DNA of 11,760 nucleotides from a virus (Duplodnaviria; Heunggongvirae; Uroviricota; Caudoviricetes): IMG/VR virus record IMGVR_UViG_2737471850_000002; one strand, 5' to 3'. Shown piece by piece: positions 7,219 to 11,760 of this stretch (position 1 is its first letter; each line of letters starts with the position of its first letter). The notes under the pieces were generated by a model. It saw only the letters and a program-made list of their open reading frames with translations, ran no database searches and was not told where the DNA came from. The position numbers and the translations under genes were made by a program.

Positions 7219-7550
7219 GCGGAGCGTTACGGTAAGGCTACAGCCAAGCCAAACATTAAGCCTAAGGGTAAGGTTTTTTGTTGCAGGTGGCATTAATTTG
7301 GATGTTGATTTAAGGAGCATTTTTACTGAGACGGCCTGTTCGGGGTAACTTTTTTGTATGCCATTCACTTGTATGAGAGCTGTACTACGAAATAGGTTGG
7401 CATGGTGGGGAGAGCATTCTGTACTGTTACTGAATAACACTATCGTTTTTTTATTCCTTTTGGTTATTAAGTGGTGTGCGTTATGACATGGTTTTCTTTA
7501 TGTTTTTCATGTATATATTGCTTTTTAACTCAATAAGGAAACACTGATAA

Positions 7551-8444
7551 ATGGCAAGACCAAAAAAATTAACTTATGGGGCGGTGAATATAACAATGCA
7601 TCCCCACTCGCCAGAAAAATATGTAGAATTGTTCAGAATGGCAAGAAAAAACGCGAGAAATGTTAATTTGAGGGGGGACTCTTTCGCGACTTTATCACAC
7701 TTTTATCCTTACAGGAAAGATCAGGTAGTTAGTGAACCTTTTGAAGGGGAAATTCTAAAGTATACAGATATTGATGTTGATGGAGATTGGTTCGATATTG
7801 TAAAGAAAGACATTGCCTCAGATGAGCAAAAGGAAAGGATAAGTATACCTGAGAATTTAAAACCAAATGTGGCTCGATTCTCTTTTGTTTTTCTACCTGC
7901 CAGCCATCTTTTAGTTTATGAGATGCAGGACAAAGGTCGGCATCTTACATCAAAACAAATAGAAAATTTTCTGAATGGAATATTTTCTCATGAGAGAATT
8001 ATAGAGAAGTTTGGGAAGATTAATGTTACAATATTAACCGAGCCAGATAACGTAGAACGTATGCTTTCTTTAAAAGGCATTACGTGTATAAATATGGTTA
8101 CTCGACGTCCTAACCCAGATGATCTCGCTTCTGCAGAAAGTATTATGCAAAAGCGTTTCAAACGTATTGGCGTTATTGAAGAAGATAAAACATATAAATC
8201 TGAGCGTGGTCAGGAAATTAAACCTGATAGTGAGTTAAAGCAGGATGCTCTTATTGCTTCGAGAAATGGCGAAGTTAGCATACGTAGGATTAATGAGGCG
8301 GGATTAGTTGAGGTTCATGCCTCAAGCGATTTACCACTTCAAAGGGTTGAATCATATGATTCTGACGTAACATCAGTTACTGAGCTATTGTTATTAAGAG
8401 CAAAATCTTTAGCAGATGAGTTTAAGAGGCTTCTGAGAAAGTAA
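7551..8444 (+). CDS. Uncharacterised soluble protein, 297 aa; first gene of an AT-rich two-gene cassette
   Basis: ORF track 7551..8444; AAGGA SD 11 nt upstream; no Walker A or other motif I can recognise; stop overlaps the start of the next gene by 1 nt (TAATG). Confidence 0.75.
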   Translation: MARPKKLTYGAVNITMHPHSPEKYVELFRMARKNARNVNLRGDSFATLSHFYPYRKDQVVSEPFEGEILKYTDIDVDGDWFDIVKKDIASDEQKERISIPENLKPNVARFSFVFLPASHLLVYEMQDKGRHLTSKQIENFLNGIFSHERIIEKFGKINVTILTEPDNVERMLSLKGITCINMVTRRPNPDDLASAESIMQKRFKRIGVIEEDKTYKSERGQEIKPDSELKQDALIASRNGEVSIRRINEAGLVEVHASSDLPLQRVESYDSDVTSVTELLLLRAKSLADEFKRLLRK

Positions 8445-9043
8445 TGAGTAAAGTAAAAGAATCAACCAGTGCAATGGCTAGATACTGGAAGATCTATGGT
8501 GGCGCTGGGGCTGTATTTAAAAGTCGCTATTTTTGGTGTGCTTTTTTTATGACAGTGATTCTTTATCCATCTTGGTCTCATCAGGGGTGGTGGAATGATA
8601 TTCTGTCGTTAATGCCGAACCTTTTGGGTTTTTCACTGGGTGGTTTTGCTATGTGGATTGCTATTGGAGATGAGGCTTTCAAAAAAATAATAACTGGAGA
8701 TGAAGAAAGTGAAAATGGAGAGGTAGAATATTCTCCTTATATGTCTGTGAATGCAACCTTTGTTCATTTTATATTATTGCAGTTGTTAACTATAATAACG
8801 GCCTTGGTCACCAAGGCCTATAGTAGCATTCTCATAAATAACGCTTTTATGTATTATTATTTAGGTGTTGCTTACAGGTATGTACTGTTAACATTCAGCT
8901 TCTTTGCATACTTTATATTTATTTACTCAGTATTCTCTGCGTTAGCTGCCGTTTTTGCTATATTTCGTGTTTCTAGTTGGTATAATACTTTTATGACCTT
9001 ACGAAACAAACAAGATAACGCTAAAAATAATAAGGAGGAATAA
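8444..9043 (+). CDS. Uncharacterised integral membrane protein, 199 aa, about 4 predicted transmembrane helices; second gene of the cassette
   Basis: ORF track 8444..9043; four hydrophobic segments (about residues 28-45, 53-75, 104-126, 147-174); translationally coupled to the upstream gene. Confidence 0.75.
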   Translation: MSKVKESTSAMARYWKIYGGAGAVFKSRYFWCAFFMTVILYPSWSHQGWWNDILSLMPNLLGFSLGGFAMWIAIGDEAFKKIITGDEESENGEVEYSPYMSVNATFVHFILLQLLTIITALVTKAYSSILINNAFMYYYLGVAYRYVLLTFSFFAYFIFIYSVFSALAAVFAIFRVSSWYNTFMTLRNKQDNAKNNKEE

Positions 9044-9454
9044 AAGCTCATTTCAAATTTTTACATCCGCGAAATTAAAAAAATGCGTTACGCTGGTGAG
9101 CGTCATGTCGATATGGGGATTCCCATAACGGGTTATCCGTGATCATCCACCAGCTTGCTCGCGGATAACAGGGGATGCGAAATCCTCAAGCGAGTGATAA
9201 ACGTGTATAGAAATGTGTATAGAATCTATTTTAGAACTCGAGAATGTGCCTTTATTACTGGTCTTGTTGCTTGTTGTATTGTTCCCTTCGCCCGCTCCAA
9301 TTTATCTTCGCCGTAATACTTCCCCATTTTGTTGTAAATAAAAAGCGTTTACGCAATGCAATCCTTTTGTAACAACCCAGGTAAAACACCTTATTTTCAA
9401 GTTGTTAAATAAGTGGTTATCTACGCTTTTAACAAACGATTGATGGAATATTTT

Positions 9455-11065
9455 ATGAAAGGGAAATCTGCATTAACTCTTCTGCTCGCTGGTATATTTT
9501 CGTGCGGCACATGCCAGGCGACAGGGGCAGAAGTGACGAGTGAATCTGTATTTAACATTCTTAATTCCACGGGGGCAGCAACAGATAAAAGTTATTTATC
9601 GTTAAATCCAGATAAGTATCCTAATTATCGTCTTCTGATTCACTCAGCCAAATTACAAAATGAAATAAAGAGCCACTATACCAAAGACGAAATTCAAGGA
9701 TTGCTAACATTAACAGAAAACACACGAAAGTTAACGTTGACGGAGAAACCCTGGGGAACGTTTATTCTTGCTTCTACTTTCGAAGATGACAAAACAGCGG
9801 CAGAAACCCACTATGATGCTGTCTGGTTGAGGGATAGTTTATGGGGCTATATGGCATTAGTATCAGATCAGGGAAATAGTGTAGCCGCAAAAAAGGTTCT
9901 GCTCACCCTGTGGGATTATATGTCTACGCCCGACCAGATTAAGCGGATGCAGGACGTCATTAGCAACCCAAAACGACTGGATGGAATTCCCGTGCAAATG
10001 AATGCTGTGCATATCCGATTTGACAGCAACTCCCCCGTGATGGCAGATGTGCAGGAAGAAGGCAAGCCGCAGCTGTGGAACCATAAACAAAATGATGCTT
10101 TAGGTCTTTACCTTGATCTCCTTATACAAGCAATCAACACTGGTACTATTAACGCTGAAGATTGGCAAAAAGGTGACCGATTAAAGTCGGTTGCGCTGCT
10201 GATTGCTTATCTGGATAAAGCCAATTTCTATGTTATGGAAGATTCCTGAGCATGGGAAGAAGATGCCCGATTAAACACATCTTCCGTTGCACTGGTGACC
10301 TCTGGACTGGAACGTTTGTCAAACCTACTCTCGAAGAAAGACTCTGTTTTTGTCTCTGATTTACTACGCGAAGCTAAAGTCAATGAACTGGATGAAACTC
10401 TTTCAACAACGAGGTTGAACCACCTCATAGATAAAGGTTATGAAAGAATAACGTTACAGCTTGATTTAGGGGGAGAATCCCCAGGTTATCTGGAAAAAGA
10501 TAAACATTACAGAGAAGCCGATGCGGCTTTACTTAATGTTATTTATCCTACAAATCTTTCAAAGATAAACACCAGAAGAAAAGAGCAAGTTCTAAAAATA
10601 GTTAAAAAACTAGCAGGTCCGTATGGTATAAAAAGATACGAGAAGGATAATTATCAGTCGGCAAATTTTTGGTTCAATGATATTAAAACCGATACCGATC
10701 AAAATTCGCATGCAAAAAGAGAAAAGAGCTTCATTCCATCAACAGAAGCAGAATGGTTTTTTGACTCATGGTATGCAAAATCAGCAGCAATTGTTTATAA
10801 AGAATCAAGAAAAGAAGAGTATTTGAATGACTCAGTACAATTTATGAATAGATCATTGGCCCAAATAACAGGCGAGAATATGATTGGTGCAAATGGCAGG
10901 AGCGTACCAGAAATGGCACTTCCCGAAAGCTATAACTATATCCACAAGTCGGGAACTTTGCATGAAGCGCCAAGCCCTATCATTCCGCTAAATTGGTCGA
11001 AAGCTTCAATGACTCTCATGTTGAAAGAGATGTCCAACCTTATCAATGATGAGGGAATTAAATAG
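9455..11065 (+). pseudogene. Secreted GH15-family glycoside hydrolase (glucoamylase/glucodextranase-like) interrupted by one in-frame TGA at 10247-10249; both halves are in the same frame
   Basis: N-terminal signal peptide (MKGKSALTLLLAGIFSCGTCQA); GH15-like motifs YDAVWLRDS, WEE directly after the TGA, G-x-x-RY-x-x-D-x-Y-x-x-x-N-x-WF (GIKRYEKDNYQSANFWF) and PESYNY...LNWSKAS; ORF track gives 9413..10249 and 10295..11065 in one frame separated only by the stop. Confidence 0.7.
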
Positions 11066-11196
11066 TTTTCATAATGAGTTACAGCACAACGTTGGGTATT
11101 GACTGAGCAAGATGAACGACAAGGACAACGACATCAGCCTTATGAGGAGCAAGAAAATGAAAGCAAATTCGAAAACGATCAGAAGGATGAAAGTTA

Positions 11197-11760
11197 ATGT
11201 TCGGTCTGAGGAAAGTAAATCGAAACACTCATACGTTTGAAACCACTTTTCAAAATTGGAAAGAAAATGGCGAAGATGTTGCATTATTAATGCCCGAATT
11301 TAGTGCTAAATGGCTACCGATAGCAGAAGAGAGTGGCAGCTGGTCTGGATGGGTATTGCTTGGAGAAATATTTCCCTTAATTTCATCTGAGCTCGCTGGG
11401 ATGGCTTTAATGCCAGAAACGGAAAGGTTAATAGGGGAATGCCTCAGTTTATCCAGTTCCCCGTTAAATCTAAAGCATCCTGAACTAAAATATAATCGTT
11501 TGCGCGTAGGTAAAGTATTTGATGGAGTATTGAGCCCTGCTCAACCACTAATAAGAATATGGACAGGGGAATTGAATCTTTGGTTAGATAAAGTCACAGT
11601 CTGCCAATACGGAAACGCTCCAGCGTTAGACAAAAAATCGTTATATTGCTCCATTCATTTTGTAATTGGATTTAGTAAAACATGTTACAGAAGTCTTGTT
11701 GATATTGAAGTTGGTGATGTTTTATTAATCTCAAATAATTTGGCTTATGCGGTTATTTAT
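11197..11760 (+). CDS. sctQ: Type III secretion system sorting-platform protein, SctQ (SpaO/YscQ/EpaO family), 5' partial; runs off the window end
   Basis: Hand translation from ATG 11197 (AAGGA SD 9 nt upstream) stays open to the window end (188 codons); the segment HFVIGFSKTCYRSLVDIEVGDVLLI and the WSGW...ELAG pattern match the SpaO/YscQ family as I recall it. Not in the ORF track because no stop lies in the window. Confidence 0.6.
   Translation, partial: MFGLRKVNRNTHTFETTFQNWKENGEDVALLMPEFSAKWLPIAEESGSWSGWVLLGEIFPLISSELAGMALMPETERLIGECLSLSSSPLNLKHPELKYNRLRVGKVFDGVLSPAQPLIRIWTGELNLWLDKVTVCQYGNAPALDKKSLYCSIHFVIGFSKTCYRSLVDIEVGDVLLISNNLAYAVIY

Noticed and set aside
7123-7440. Minus-strand ORF 7123..7440 (105 aa)
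   Set aside because: It overlaps the possible small plus-strand ORF 7039-7218 and the AT-rich leader of the 7551 gene; no SD, and the translation is unremarkable. It remains ambiguous, so it is not reported as a feature.
10247-10249. Selenocysteine recoding of the in-frame TGA in the GH15 gene
   Set aside because: GH15 enzymes are not known selenoproteins and I see no obvious SECIS-like hairpin immediately downstream; a nonsense mutation or sequencing error is more parsimonious. Kept as a pseudogene call with a readthrough caveat.
9863-10428. Minus-strand ORFs 9863..10090 and 10228..10428
   Set aside because: They are antisense within the GH15 gene, whose plus-strand frame carries multiple family motifs.
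11069-11284. Minus-strand ORF 11069..11284 (71 aa)
   Set aside because: It overlaps the start of the sctQ-like gene and its leader; the translation is low-complexity (L/F/I-rich) and the plus-strand frame has an SD and a family match.

Overview
This window reads as a mosaic accessory region from an enterobacterial chromosome, with three recognisable anchors and several uncharacterised cassettes between them. Left part (about 600-4150, ordinary GC): a prophage/integrative-element regulatory module with hypothetical genes, an AlpA-family regulator (2570-2767), an antirepressor-like protein (2845-3645) and a PerC-family activator (3863-4150). Middle (4285-7218): a repeat-containing lipoprotein and a small membrane protein, then a run of three small genes bracketed by an upstream triple palindrome (ATTGCAAT) and a downstream iteron-like array (CGCGAAAAAGTGTCAAC). 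Right part (about 7250 to the end, visibly AT-rich): a translationally coupled two-gene cassette (297-aa soluble protein plus 199-aa four-helix membrane protein), a secreted GH15-family glycoside hydrolase interrupted by a single in-frame TGA at its catalytic WEE motif, and the 5' part of a type III secretion sctQ (SpaO/YscQ family) gene running off the window. The best candidates for an undescribed system are the 7551-9043 two-gene cassette, the lipoprotein/membrane pair and the small-gene operon with its flanking repeats. No integrase, tRNA, rRNA, CRISPR array or IS element could be supported. All calls rest on reading the sequence and the supplied ORF translations; no database search or computation was run, and composition statements are visual impressions.
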